64,000 bases of DNA. It comes from the human T2T-CHM13v2.0 reference genome, Homo sapiens. The translations under genes were made by a program, and so were the position numbers. Below the pieces are notes generated by a model that saw only the letters and a program-made list of their open reading frames with translations, did no database searches and was not told where the DNA came from. This document shows positions 42,480-58,989 of the stretch, one piece after another. The DNA lies in assembly GCF_009914755.1 (NCBI RefSeq), contig NC_060930.1; one strand, 5' to 3'. The number at the start of each line of letters is the position of its first letter. Position 1 is the stretch's first letter.

Positions 42480-43800
42480 TAGCTGTCAACAAAGCATACA
42501 AAAGTCCCACTGACAGAGAGCTTATATTCTATTTAGGGATCCAATAAACATATCAATACATTATACTATATGAGAGGGAATAGGTTCTAAAAAGAAAAGA
42601 AGAAAGATAGGTGCTACTGAGTGTTGGAAAGAATGTTCAATTTTAAACAGGAAAGGGCTCACTGAGGGTTGATATGTCAGCTAAGATCTGAAAAAGGGAA
42701 GGAAAGAAGGCCATGAGGGGGAGATTTCAGGTAAAAGGAACAAGTACAAAGACCTAGAGTTTTGAGGAACAGAAGGAAGCTAGTGTGGCTGGAGCAGAGG
42801 GAGCAAAGAGAGATAAGTGTGGGTGCTCTTAGAGAGTTCTGTCTCAAGCCAGAACTTGTTGAGCATTGTGGAACATTTTCAGAACTTTGGCTTTTCCTGT
42901 GAGTGAAATTGGCAGCCACTAGAAAATTCTGAGCAAAGAATGACAAGCTTTGATCTACTTCTGATTGCTATTGAAACTAACCCAATAGTCCCATAGGCAG
43001 TTTTTTTGGATAAACATAGAAATTGATACTTCTGGTATTAAAGCTTGAAACTTACATTTGTTTTATCAGAGTTCCTTCAGCAGGAAACAACCCTCAGACC
43101 TCTCAAAAAGTATCGAAGAACTAAAACTAACCAGATCACCACATCTAGACAATGAGATGCCAGACCCCTCCTCCTCATGATTGCTTTCTTACCCCTTCCT
43201 AGTTCCTGTTTTCCAACACATAGTTACATTTCTTCCCTGGTATATAATCCCCTAACTTTAGTCAGTCAGGGATTGAGACTGATCTCTAATCTCCTTGGCT
43301 GCAGCAACTGATTAAAGCCTTCTTGGCAATACTCATCGTATCAGTGATTGGCTTCCTGTGCTGTGAGCAGCAGGACCTAGACTGATGTTTCGGTAACACT
43401 ATGTTGAATACAGAATGTAGGGATCAAGAATGGAAGCCAAGAGACCAGTACTCCAGGAAAGGCAGGATGACGAGTGCTCAGAACAGGGTGTGAGGAATAG
43501 AGGCAGAGGATAGCATGCAATTCTAGTCTATCCTGAGAGTAGAACCCACTGTATTTAACAACAGATGATGTGCATGTGATGAAACAGCGAGAGTAGTGCC
43601 CCTGAGATGGGGATAACTATGGTAAAGCAGATGTGAGAGTGAGATTTGATTCAACTGTGGATATATTAAGTTTGAGATATCTTTTAGATACTCAAGTGAA
43701 GGTCTTGGAGGAGTATGAGGTTTAGGGAGATGAGGTCATTAAGTCATGAGAGTAAACAGAAGAGAGCTAAGCTCCAAGGGTATCCAGTATTAGGAGTTCT
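42480..43800 (-). mobile_element. L2 LINE segment interrupted by LTR
   Basis: ggaacagaaggaagctagtgtggctggagcagag; tggatatattaagtttgagatatc. Confidence 0.75.
42972..43398 (+). mobile_element. Solo LTR (LTR47A-like)
   Basis: tgaaactaacccaatagtcccatag...gtttcggtaaca; TG..CA; 4-bp TSD CTAT; TATATAA and ATTAAA inside. Confidence 0.85.
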
Positions 43801-45048
43801 CTGGGAAGGGAAGAAAACATTTCTAGAATTTCTATTTGGCTCTTTTTCGGATGAAAAAGATGAATTCTTTCTTCATCGTTTGCTATTCTCTTTATGTTTT
43901 GATTCTTCATTCTGATCCTTAATCATTCTAAACATACAGCTTTATAGTATCTTTAAGATTGTTTTCCTAATATTGAAAGTTCTTGATGTTCCCACCCTTC
44001 CATGAGAGAGTCCTTTTACAATGGATGGCACATTTAGTTTGCAAATGGCCCAAATAAATATTAATTTCTGTATTTGATTTCTCTTCTTGGGGGATCCCAA
44101 ACCACAAACACATGGGACATATAGCCCAGGATTTTTATTATCTTCAGTGGAGGCTCCTTTTCCAGAAACCAGACAAAAACGTACAAGATTCCTGCGCAGT
44201 TTCTTTTTAAAATTTTACCATTAGCGTAAAATCTTTTGAGGATCTAGACTTTAATAGAAGATTTCTATTCAAGCCTCCCTTCTCTTGGACATTCAAGGCT
44301 CTATCTTCAGTCTTCCCAAGGCATTAAAACCAAACTCAGCACTAGTATTTTCCACCTCTCTGGAGAAACAGTAGGTGAATATCACTGGGTGGTGGAGGAT
44401 GAGGGGTTATAAGTGATTTTTAATTTCTTTTTATATTTCTGTACACTGTTTTTACAGTGAAAACAAATATTTTATAATGATAAGAAAAGCAAACCAAAAG
44501 TGATTTTGTAAGTGTTCTCTGTGATTAAGATACCCACAATATGCAACACATTCTATTCTGTGTAACATGGAATTACCCACATGTCTGAGAAAGAATGCAT
44601 TTTCTATGAAGATCAACGTTGGAAATATGTGCAGAGCTTGTCCCCTGTGGTACAAGAAAGTCATTGGGACTTCTAAAGGATGCTGAAGTGGCTTTCAATT
44701 TTACCTTTAAACCCGGTTGACTGAACTACAAATGAGGTGCCAATTATTTCAGTATGGTAGAAACATCTTAATAAAAATGGAGTATGTCCCAGTCATCTGA
44801 ATCATTGGTTTACACGACATAAACTTGTGACCTTTAAAGAAATAACCATGTTAATTGTATTTTTTAAATCTGCTTGTTGAATGCAGTCATAATGTGGACT
44901 GTCTAAAAAGAAAATTTTCTTCCATTTTATTTTTAAGGTGTCTGACAAATTTTATTAGATAAAGAGATGGAAATAAAGAAGGTTATTATAGGAATGTTTC
45001 TACTTAAGAAGTTCTTCCTGGTTGAAATATATTTCTGTATAAAGAAAA

Positions 45049-46510
45049 ATGACTGAGATACCGTTTCAGAGAGACCAGATTCCCTGGTGACTATCTTAAC
45101 CTTCTACTTTATTTTACCCGTGTAAATACAGCCTCAGAAAATTCTTTCTCCTCTTTTCCCTCTCTAGAAAGAAATTCTCATTTTACTGTAGCTGATTTCT
45201 CAATGTAGCAATTTGAGATTTGCTATCTCAGATTTGGTATCTCAGCCATATTTCTCTGTCAAATCGTTGATCTTAAAAAAAAAAAACATGCCAAATGAAG
45301 GCAATGAAAGGAATACTTTTATGAAGTTCTCAATTTTGGAAGATGGTTAAATATTGAAAAGTTACTCCTCCCCATTATATCTATTCTTGAATCTTCTTGA
45401 AAATTCATATTTTATCTTTAAAATTTTATTTTATTTTAATTGGCAAATTATAACAATTATAGTTATTTATGGTGTTTAATGTAATGTTTTGATATATGTT
45501 TACATTGTGAGATGATTAAATCAAGTGAATTAACATAGTCTTCACCTCACATATCAATTTTTGGTAGTGAGAACATTTAAAATCTAATATTTAAGCAATT
45601 TGAATATACAATGCATTATGATTTATTATAGTCACTATTCTGTAAAATAGATCACTAAAACTTACTCCTGCTGTCTGGCTGAAACTTTGTCCCTTTTGAT
45701 CAACACCCTTGTTTCTCCATCCCCTCCCTGCCCCAGGCAGCCTCTGATAACCACCATTCTTCTCTCTATGTCTATGATTATGACTTTTTTAGATCCTGTC
45801 TACAAGTGAGATCATGTGGTATTTGTCTTTCAGTGACAAGTCTAAGTCTTATTTCACTTAGCATAATGTCTTCCAGGCTCATCCATGTTGTAGCAGATGA
45901 CAGAATATTCTTCTTTTTAAAGGTTGAATAGCATTCCATTGTATATATGGCATACCACATTTCCTTTCCCATTCATCTATTGATGGACACTTTGGTTGCT
46001 TCAACATATTAGCTATGGAAGAAATGGAGAAAAGAGAATTCTTGTTCATTGTTGGTGGGAATGTAAATTAATACAGTACAGCCATTATTGGAAATAGTTT
46101 GGAAGTTCCTCAAAAAACTAAAAATAGAACTAACATCTGATCCAGCAATCCCACTTCTGGGTATAGATCCAAAGGAACTGAAATCAGTGTGTTGAAGAAA
46201 TATCTGCACTACCGTGTTCATTTCCCTTGAATCTTAATATAGTTTATTGTACATTTACTGAAATAAAAATTCAGACAAATAGGATTCAAGTAATAAGTTG
46301 AGTAAATTGAATGTAAAATGAATTTTCAGATAGCACATCTCAAATTGCTACATTGAGAAATCAGCTACAATAAAATGAGAATTTCTTTCTAGAGAGGGAA
46401 AAGAGGAGAAAGAAGAATTTTCTGAGGCTGTATTTACATGGGTAAAATGAAGTAGAAAGTTAAGATAGTCACCAGGGAATCTGGTCTCTCTGAAATGATA
46501 TCGCAGTCAT
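45049..46510. repeat. Inverted duplication, arms 45049-45228 and 46328-46510
   Basis: By-eye alignment gives 8 substitutions and one 3-bp indel over ~180 bp. Confidence 0.95.
45396..46225 (-). mobile_element. L1MA-type 3' end with 5' inversion (twin priming)
   Basis: 45415-46017 is minus-strand L1 3' end; 46018-46222 is the adjacent upstream L1 segment on the plus strand; TSD cttgaatctt at 45386-45395 and 46226-46235. Confidence 0.85.
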
Positions 46511-47684
46511 GAAATTCTGTCTCCTCATTTTTCTTTCTAATCATCTCTTTTATTTCAGTGACATGTCTGAGGTGATTTTCAAGCAGAAATACTCTAAATC
46601 TATTTTTATAGCTTCCAACGAGGCTTTAACAGAATCATGTGGAATGTGGGTTTTATAAATTCTCCACTACAATTTCTCTATATAGACTCAAAGAAAGGGT
46701 TTGAAAGCCTGCTCTTCATCTTTTGTCACCAGATGACAAGTTCTATTCTTTTCAGGAAAGACTAATCTCTGGGAGTTCATCCTGGTAGATGTGTAGAAAA
46801 GTCTAGAAAAATAAGTTTAGATGATCTCCATTTTCCAAAGATCTTTTAAAAGTACTTTAACTTCTTGAAGCAATGCAGACAAGGAAAGAGAAGTTATGAT
46901 TCAAAATACTCTTGCCAGAATTATATTCTCTATGGGCCAAGGGAGTTTACAGCTACAGACGGAATCAACGAGCAACACATCACATTCTTGCCTTCTTCTC
47001 TTGTTCTCCTCTATCAGAAGGATTAGTACAGAAAAATGTTCTGGAATTTCTTAAAAAGAAAAATATACAAAAGTTTCCATTTGGACCTAAACTGTTACTC
47101 ATCTGCTCCTGGGTTTGCTTTCCTCTGGAATCATAATTGTAAACAGAGTTTCTTAGTAATACTAATGTAACCCTGTAATTAGAAAGTGCATGAAAGAAGC
47201 TATATTTCCATTTTCCCTATTTATGCTGTACTTTTTTGGAAAGAGACATGGCGTTTGGGGTTGGGGGCTAAATGAGGGTGGACAATGTTTCTTCTGTGTT
47301 TTAGTAAATAGTTTCGAAAAGTTCCTCCATAGAAGCTGTTTTTTTGTTTTCACAATAAATGAAATTATGCTGAAGTATGAAGATGTATTTCCCATTAAGA
47401 CACAGAGAAACCCAAAATTTCTTCCCACCTTTTGGTTAACAATCTATTGTTCTTCTGTAAATCCAACAGATATGCTTTAAGAAGAAAAGTGGTTGGTAGT
47501 GGAGATAGGTAAGACATTTATTTAAATAAGGCACTTTAGAAACTTAGCTTTCTAGCGATTTAATTTAAATGTGGAGAGAAAAAATAACTGCTAGAACCAA
47601 CAAATTACAGGAGGTAAATTAGTGGAAATACATCATATGTTTACAGATATCTTTTTCCCAATAAGCTTAAGATTCATTAAAGAC

Positions 47685-47992
<308 letters not shown>

Positions 47993-48595
47993 AAGATTCA
48001 TTAAAGACATTTTTTATTTTGATTCCTGTAAAGTAAGTAGGAGACATGCATTATATTTTTCAGATTATAATCCAAAATGATAAAGCAAAGAGAGACTTCA
48101 TAACCTGATAAAGTAATTGGCAAATTCTTCATACCACAGAAACTGACACGAGTGCTCCAGCATTCTACACAGCATTGTAGTTATTAGACTACGTGTGATT
48201 AATTTGGTATGAATGAATATTGCAACTAAATTATATTTATAGAAACAGTTAATAGACTTGACCTTAAATGTTCACTAAGTAAGAAAAATAGCCTCCTGTT
48301 AGCCAAATACGGTCATGGCTAGGTGGATGTGCTACTAATTACACCAGACTCTTCCCTGAAATATTTCATCACCATTCTGGAATACATGTTGCTTCCCTCT
48401 TTAATTATGTGTTTGGACAGCAAGCTGCTTTCTGGAATCAGAGACGTAGCCATTCAGCTTCTATCCTCTGAATTGAACTGGATGACCCTGCCTTATAAAA
48501 GAAATAGCAAAAAAGGCACTGACCACAGGTCTGTCTGCTGGATCCAAAGATATATGTATGGGTAGCAGTGTGGGCACTGTTAGGGAGTATGTGTC

Positions 48596-48620
48596 TTTTT
48601 TTTTTTTTTTTTTTTTTTTT
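48596..48620. repeat. poly-T tract
   Basis: About 25 consecutive T. Confidence 0.95.
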
Positions 48621-49844
48621 ACAATCATCTGTTGAAGGGTCAGAAACTAAAACGGGAAAGAGGAAATAAGAGCATAGAGCTGATGCTGTTGATTGTGAGG
48701 CTGACCATTTTATCTTGGAAATTCTTCAAGTTAAGATTGGGGCTTGGTGATGAATGAAGATAAGAGAGGCAAGATGACTCCAAGGAGAGATTCAGAAAAT
48801 GCAGATCAGGCACTCCCACGGATGTCAGTCTAATCAAGCCTGCAATTGATCAATGTAAAATTTGGACTGTACTAGCTAAATATATTCAAATAGCATGCAC
48901 CTGTGCCCTATGTTAGGGAGTCTTAATAAGTTAAATTAAATTGCAACCATATTGTTTTTTATTTTGTGCCAACATAACCAAATCTGAAAACAATGCAATA
49001 GGAAATTACTAATGCAATCAAAAGTCATTAATATGTCAAAGAGTTATCCTTCTTGTCAAGTTTGATATAGTGTTTCTGTATTTTTCCAAAACCAGTTTCA
49101 ACCCAACTTCCCTTAGTGGTTTCGAAAATGAAAACAGAGCAAGTTGAGACAGTGTATTATTGCCTCCAACTCTATTCCCACAGGTGGATTTAAGTTAGTG
49201 CTACACAATCCAAATTGTTAAAGAATTGGCAGCTGCAATATTGTAGTCTGTAGCTCATTCCAACTATTCTAAGAAGAAGCAACATAACAAGTTTTTTTTT
49301 GAATATAGATTCCTTTACTAATATTTAGAATGTTATATGTGGGAGAGATCTTAGAAACCCTTCCATTTTTTTAGATAAGGAAGTTGAGTGCCAGACAGGT
49401 TGTTTGATTTGTTCAAGGACACGCAATTAATGTAGAGTAGGAGGGCCAAGAACTCCAGTGTTTTGGCTCATAGTCAGGTGATTGCAATGGGAGACTTCAA
49501 ATATTTACTATTTCACTTTTTATATGTTTTGTTGTTGTCATGATTATTCTTTTCCCAGTAACTATGACAAAGTTCACTTCAAAGTTCTCAGTTGGAGTGG
49601 AAAGAGGGCATGGACTCTGGACATACTGAAATGGAAAAATTGACAGACCTGAAACAGAAGTGAACTAGATAAGTATTCTCAGAAAATGGAACTTTGTTCT
49701 TTTTTTCAGATCTTTCTTACTGGCTGCAGTTTGCTTCACTTCTTAGAGTTTATTTGTTCCTTTAGAAAATAAGAATCACATCCTTTGACCTGCCTACTTT
49801 AATGGGTGGTAGGAAGTCTGAAATTCAGCAGTTTAGACAAAAAC

Positions 49845-50147
<303 letters not shown>

Positions 50148-50349
50148 TGAGAACATCTTATAGACTGTAAGACACCTTGAGTATAGGCCATTATCTTAGA
50201 ATGCCACTCATCTTTTTCAAGATTTCCAAATTGGGTTTTTCACTGGTGAGAAATAATAACATCAGTACAGAAAAATGCTTACCATTGATTAGAAGGAGAA
50301 AATTTGGTCCAAAGTCCTCTCCTGCTTAGGACTGTCAAAAATCAGAACA

Positions 50350-50636
<287 letters not shown>

Positions 50637-50639
50637 AAG

Positions 50640-50652
50640 TAGGTAGATAGAT

Positions 50653-50698
<46 letters not shown>

Positions 50699-50700
50699 CA
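50640..50700. repeat. (GATA)n tetranucleotide STR in Alu tail
   Basis: tagatagatgatagatagata... with about 11 uninterrupted units. Confidence 0.97.
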
Positions 50701-51207
50701 AATTAAAAATCTGGATGGCAAACACACCAAGGGCAAGACCTTGAGGCAGACAGATACATTCGTAAATGAAATGTTTATCAGTTTTAGCCTAGAGTGAGAT
50801 GTTAAGATAAGTGCTATTTTTCACTTCACTTTCGAAAGTAGTTAAGGCAATTATTTCTGATGACTTGTATTACCTTAGAGAAAAATATGTGTTCATACAT
50901 CTTATTAAAAAATTCTGTTTGGGTCTGAAACATTATTATAAAACTTTTTTTCTAATGTAATATTTTAAGATGATATTCATATTTTTATAAGCTCTACAGT
51001 GTTGCATAAAAATAAAAATATTTAGCATTTAAAATTACTTGGAGACAATAACTTTCAATTGTTATGCTGTCTAGAATTCCGTACTTTCCTCTGATATAAC
51101 TTTTTATATTATGAAGCTATTTTGAAAGACTAGAATGAGATTTAGAATTACTACATCTATACCAGATGAATTCTTTTTGAGAGAACTGACAGACTAAATT
51201 AATTATG

Positions 51208-51357
51208 GAAGAAAAAAAGGAAGAAAGAAGAGAGGCAAGGAAGAGAGAGCAAGGGGAAGGAAGGAAAGAAGGAAGGAAGGAAGGATGGAAGGAAGGAGAA
51301 ATGGAGGGAGGGAGAGAGGGAAGGAGGGAAGGAAGGAAGGAAGAGAAAGAAAGAAAA
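51208..51357 (+). repeat. GA-rich / (GGAA)n low-complexity tract
   Basis: ggaaggaagg repeats. Confidence 0.92.
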
Positions 51358-51755
51358 TAAGCCCTTAAAATGAACTATTTAATCATTATTAATTTGTCCA
51401 TATTTATTGTAAATAATTTTAAATACACTTCTAATGCTTTGTAGTTTTCTGCATACAAGTTATGCTGGTCTTGTCAGTATTGTCTTAGAATCCAAACATT
51501 TACAAAGGAAGTAATATTTACATATAATTAAAATAACATTTATTATCTTCTCTTTCAAAGCATCTGTACCTTCTGGTGTCATCAACATTTTCTTCATTAC
51601 CTATTAAAGTATACTGCTTATTATGCATTTTTCTCCTTCATTTTTGTAAATATTTTATATATAGTAGAGTTCAATTTATAAATGTTCATAAACTTACAAC
51701 TCAAAAGAAATTTGCCTAATTTACCTAATTCCCATTTCATTGCCTTAGGATGAAT

Positions 51756-51979
51756 AGAGGCCAATAAAGTATGACATGTGGACCAAGCCTAGCCCTGCAC
51801 CTCTTATTTATAAATAAAGTTTTATTGGAACACTGCTACACTCATTTCTTTGTATATTGCCTATTGTTACTTTTGCATCTCAATGGCAGAAGTGAGAAGT
51901 TATGACAGAAGTTGTGTGGCACAAAATATCCTAAAATATTCACTATCTGACCCTTCACAAAAATGTTTTGTAACCCCTG
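51756..51979. mobile_element. MER58A-like hAT MITE
   Basis: taaataaagttttattggaacac...cctaaaatattcactatctgacccttcac...gttttgtaacccctg. Confidence 0.85.
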
Positions 51980-52599
51980 CTTTAGAGGGTCATTGTCAAC
52001 TTGAGCTTACTAATCATGAGGGGGTGAGTGCTTTCTTACTCAAATCTATCTTCTTGAAAATCCTTGGGAGATACCACGCCTCTCAGAAATTGAACGATAA
52101 GATGTATAAGTATATGCACAGTCACTCTGCCTTTTTCTTCCTGTTAGGAATCTACATGATACCTGAGTAGTTGGAAGTGGCTACTCATCCTACTTTCATT
52201 GCACATCCTTGATACTGAGTTACCAACTTGTGATTTATCAAACTACTATAAAAATAGCACTATTTTCCTCTCTAGACTTCCCACCTTCCAGACTATATTA
52301 TCTAGAGTCAGTTCTCAGGATAACTAATATAAATGTCTTTCTTGCCCATGATGTACTAGTATCACCCTATTTTTAGAGTTTTGCTTTAAACCTTTTCTCT
52401 AAAATGGCTCAGAATCTCTCATTTCCATTTCTCTCCTTATCTTTACAATCCTTTGTTCCTACACACTTTTGCATATTTATACACACTAACATATGCATAT
52501 ATCACTTATGTATCTATATATTCCTTTACATGATCATATATAACTTTGACCCAGTCCTTCACTATCCTATTCTTACCTCCAAGTATTCTCTTAAACCAC

Positions 52600-52850
52600 A
52601 TGCTCCATCTAGAATGCACTTAGCCATGAGCCAGCCTCCACAATGTGGATAACATCCCAGAAAATGTTAGGGCAAACAAGAGTATCAAAAGCCTGGGTTC
52701 CTGAAAGACCTATTGGAGCAGAGCCACCTATCTACTTTGAACTGCTCATCTATCTCTATGGTTATGTGAAAAAGAAATAAACTTTTTCTTATTTAAGCCA
52801 CTGTATTGTAGTAGGCATACTTGTTATATCAGCTTAGTCTGTACTCTAAT
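52600..52850 (+). mobile_element. MLT1 (J/K-like) LTR 3' fragment
   Basis: aagcctgggttcctga...ggagcagagccacc...gaaataaactt...ttatttaagccactg. Confidence 0.6.
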
Positions 52851-55160
52851 GCATGACTAATTTTATTTATATAATCCTAGATTCCCATTATCTTTTTTAA
52901 AAAAATAGTTTTAGTGGTGACAGGTTAAACAGAGAACTCTGGATAATCTAATACCTCTCCTGCTGTGTCTTTCTATGTATCTATTTAGTCCCCATGTAAC
53001 TTTTTAAAAGTAGCATGTTTCTTCCATTTTGTGTTAATTTCTGTTTGGAATAGAAACACATGTAATCTTTTTGGTAAAATCCAGAGATCTTCCTATCTTG
53101 TGAAATTAAAATTTTTGATGCCTTCTCTTGAGTCAAGAAAAATCTCTGTACCTTGATGATTTTGATTCACTAGAATCTTGTAGAGAGATCAGAGGACTAT
53201 CTGTATCCTGATGAGTGTTTTATCTTCAAACTAAAAGGAGCTATTAAAATAACTTCAGCTATACTTCAATTTAGCCATGCTAATTGTCTCAGTGAATGTT
53301 GATAGCTAAATATTCTCTAGAATAACTAAAATTTTTTTCATTGATTTTATGTTTTCCTTCCTTCATAAATGAGCCAACATTGACCTCCTATGCCTAATTA
53401 TCAAAATGGAATACAGAATGAGAACATTTGCTTTACTTACACAGTAGGAAAAAGCCGAGTAGGATAGGGTCAATCAAATGAGTACAAGCTTCTTAATTTT
53501 GGCTAGGGAATTTAACCTTCTGATTTTTTTAAATAATTGAAATGTATGGGGAAAAGATGATCACACAATTATAAAATTCCAGGAAGTATGTATGTCAAAT
53601 ATTTCAAATCTTTTGAGAAAACAGTCCCTGTAGAAATATAAACAGCCAAGATAGTAGGCCTTTCTGATTAAAGAAAGTCTCTCCCACAAGGACCCACCTG
53701 ATGATCTCAGGAGAGAGTAAACAGTGACTTATAGTGAGTGCGGGATTATGTTGAGAGATTTTTGACAAACAGTTCCAAAACTCTGTAAGTTGAAGTTGTT
53801 TTAATTCATCATTAAACCAATGTTATTTAAAAAACTAATAATCCTGAAGCAAAATCTACTTATAAAGCTTTGGTTAAATTTACGTTCACATTAATTTTAC
53901 TTATAGGCTTTAAATTTTCCAACAGAATGACAATTATAAGAAATCTTATAAAGATCAGGGATTTTTTTTTTTTTTGGCTGACAAGTGAAAACAATTTACC
54001 TTTCCAATGGCAAATGGGAATGTGATCAAGCACAAGGAAGGAAACACAATTCCTTGTATTCAAATGGCTAAAATTTAAATACCTTCCTGGTGAAAAATAT
54101 TTGGAACAAGTTACGCCATCACCTTCAGGATCTCCTCAGTCAGTAATGCCCTGTGGCATGAGGATTGAAGAACTGTTTCTAAGACAGGAGACATCTGTAG
54201 TTATCTGTCTCAGAAAGGGAGAAGAGGAAGGGAAAATCCCCTAAAATTATGGAGAAAAATAATAAGAAAGAGACTTAAGCTACCAGAAATCTTCATGAGG
54301 CAGTAAAATATGTCACTTTTCCTCTTTTAGTTCAAGAGCACTACATTTTTAAGAGTTCAAATATCTTTTATGTGCCATATTCCTAGTTGATTTCCCAACA
54401 ATGAACAATATTTTTAGCTTGTTAAATATCATAGTTAAGAAGTGTGGAAAACACTCTTAAACCGTAAGTTCTCATGAAGTCTCAGACAAGAAAATTGAGC
54501 TAGTTTGTTTTGATTGAAATGGTGAGTTCATAGGCACCAACCAGCCAAATGCCAAAGTGAGACATTCTGGAATATTAGAATATCACCAGTTTTAGTAAGT
54601 TGAAATTTCAGTCACATTATCATATTATGTTACAAATGAATTGCAGTCTCTTGGAAAATATAAGGAAATTAAGTTTTATGTACTCTTTCAGTATTCTGCT
54701 CTTCATTTAGCAGGAAAGGAATGTCTTTTTGTAACTGACTTGGACTTTTATCAGATGAAAAAAGACGAAAAGATATTTATTACAGTGTTTTTTTCCATAT
54801 GAGATAGTTGAAGAGAAAATAAGTGTAATATACTTTATTACCAAAGGATTTTCAGTTATTTTAAGATAGAATCTTATTCTTATTTGCATACTTTGAGAAA
54901 TTCTCTCTGTGAACCCTGAAGCACCTTAGAGATCAAAGCAATTTTACTGGCAATTTTCCCGAACATTGGCAAGTGTGTCTAGGCCCTTGGAAAAAAATGC
55001 TTTTTAAAGTTTGTTTTAAAAGTTTTTCAGTTGTGTTATCTATCTTTGTCAAAATGCCCCATGCAGAGTATGAATAAGCCATTAGAAGGGAAAAATTAAT
55101 AAAAAGCACTTGTAAGGTGCTTCTGGCTACAGAAACACATCCTTTAAAATTCCTTATTAT

Positions 55161-55310
55161 ACTCCACCAGCTCACCCTCTAACTTACTTCTATAACCATC
55201 CCAGCTGATTAAGCTACATAATCAAGCTGCACTCACTATAAGTCACTATTTAAGCTACATCATCAGTTGGGATGATTAGAGAAGGAAGTTAGAGGGTAAG
55301 CTGGTGTAGT
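55161..55310. repeat. Hairpin / short inverted repeat, 49-bp arms and 52-nt loop
   Basis: 55161-55209 matches the reverse complement of 55262-55310 at 43 of 49 positions, no gaps. Confidence 0.93.
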
Positions 55311-56072
55311 TATTGAAAAAACTTTCTACTTTGTGTTATGATACCACAAATATAGTATTGGGCTACATTGACCATGGGCCCTTTCAGAGAAAGGGATTTT
55401 TCAGATGGCAACTACTCAGTTAACATTCTCTGACTCCAGAGAGCCAGAAAAGTAACATTCTGAATCAATTAGCTGAGTTAAGGAGCCAAATGTAATGTGT
55501 TTGTTCTACTGGGATGGTTAATACCATTTTGTAACACATCTAGGCTTTCAGGCTGGCGGATTTTGAGTCTCGGTTCTACCACTTACTAGCTGCTGGCAGG
55601 AGAGGTGATTGTAGGTGGAAGGAACCTTAGACAAAGTGACTTCATACATTCAACACATTTTTGTTGAGTAGTTATCAGGCATGCAACTATTTGATAGGGA
55701 TAATAATTCCCACATCACAACATTGCTCTGAGGTTCAAATGAATTAATGAATATTAAGTACTAAACAGAGTGCCAGACATATAATCATGGCTCCACAGAG
55801 GGCAGCTACCATTATTGTAATAAGTGAAAACAGCTCATTAAAAGCTTACATTTGGGGATTTACTGTACAAAAATTACATATGTAAAACAATCGTAGACAA
55901 GAAGATTGGTTACACAGTGATTAAACCATTTAGGTGATAAGAAAAGATTCTTAAATTCTCTCCAGATATTTGCATTGCCTTATTCTTGCTCATATTATAT
56001 CCTCCATGTTTATATCCAATAAATAACATACCATATATTAAAAAATAAATTTTTAGTAGAAAAAGCATTATA

Positions 56073-56433
<361 letters not shown>

Positions 56434-56440
56434 TCAAGGC

Positions 56441-58185
<1,745 letters not shown>

Positions 58186-58539
58186 TGCCTTCTTGGTGAA
58201 AAATATTTGGAACAAGTTACGCCATCACCTTCAGGATCTCCTCAGTCAGTAATGCCCTGTGACATGGGGATTGAAGAACTGTTTCTAAGACAGGGGACAT
58301 CTGTAGTTATCTGTCTCAGAAAGGGAGAAGAGGAAGGGAAAATGCCCTAAAAATAATGGAGAAAAATAATAAGAAAGAGACTTAAGCTACCAGAAATCTT
58401 CACAAGGCAGCAAAATATGTCACATTTCTCCTTTGCTCAAAAGTGCTACATTTTTAAGAGTTCAAACATCTTTTATGTGCCATATTCCTAGTTGATTTCC
58501 CAGCAATGAACTATATTTTTAGCTTGTTAAATATCATAG

Positions 58540-58960
58540 ACAAAGGAAAACAAACAATAGAGAAATTTAATAAGGCAAAAAGGTAGTTCTTTATAGAAGA
58601 CAACAAAATTGATAAGCCCATTGCTAGATTTATCAACAAAAAAGGAAAGAAAACATAAATTACCAAAATCAAGAATGAAAGGAATTCATCAAAGATTCTC
58701 CAGACTATAAAGAAATAAATAGTATAAACAACTTTATGCTGACAAAGTTGACAAACCTCATGAAGCCTCCTTGCCAAGACTGATGAGAGATCAAACAGAA
58801 ATTTTAAATGACTCTCTAAAGTAAATTGAAATTGTTATCGAAAATCTTCCACAAAGAAAAGTCCAAATAGTTTCACTGGTAAAGTCTATAAAACATTTAG
58901 GAATAAATATCACTAATCTTATGCAAATTCCTTCAGAAAATAAAGAAGAACACACTTTAG
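58540..58960 (+). mobile_element. Old L1M ORF2 fragment
   Basis: caatagagaaatttaataaggcaaaaaggtagttcttt...aaattaccaaaatcaagaatgaaa...acaactttatgc. Confidence 0.75.
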
Positions 58961-58989
58961 AGTATTTGCTGGTGAATTAGATTTGAGAA

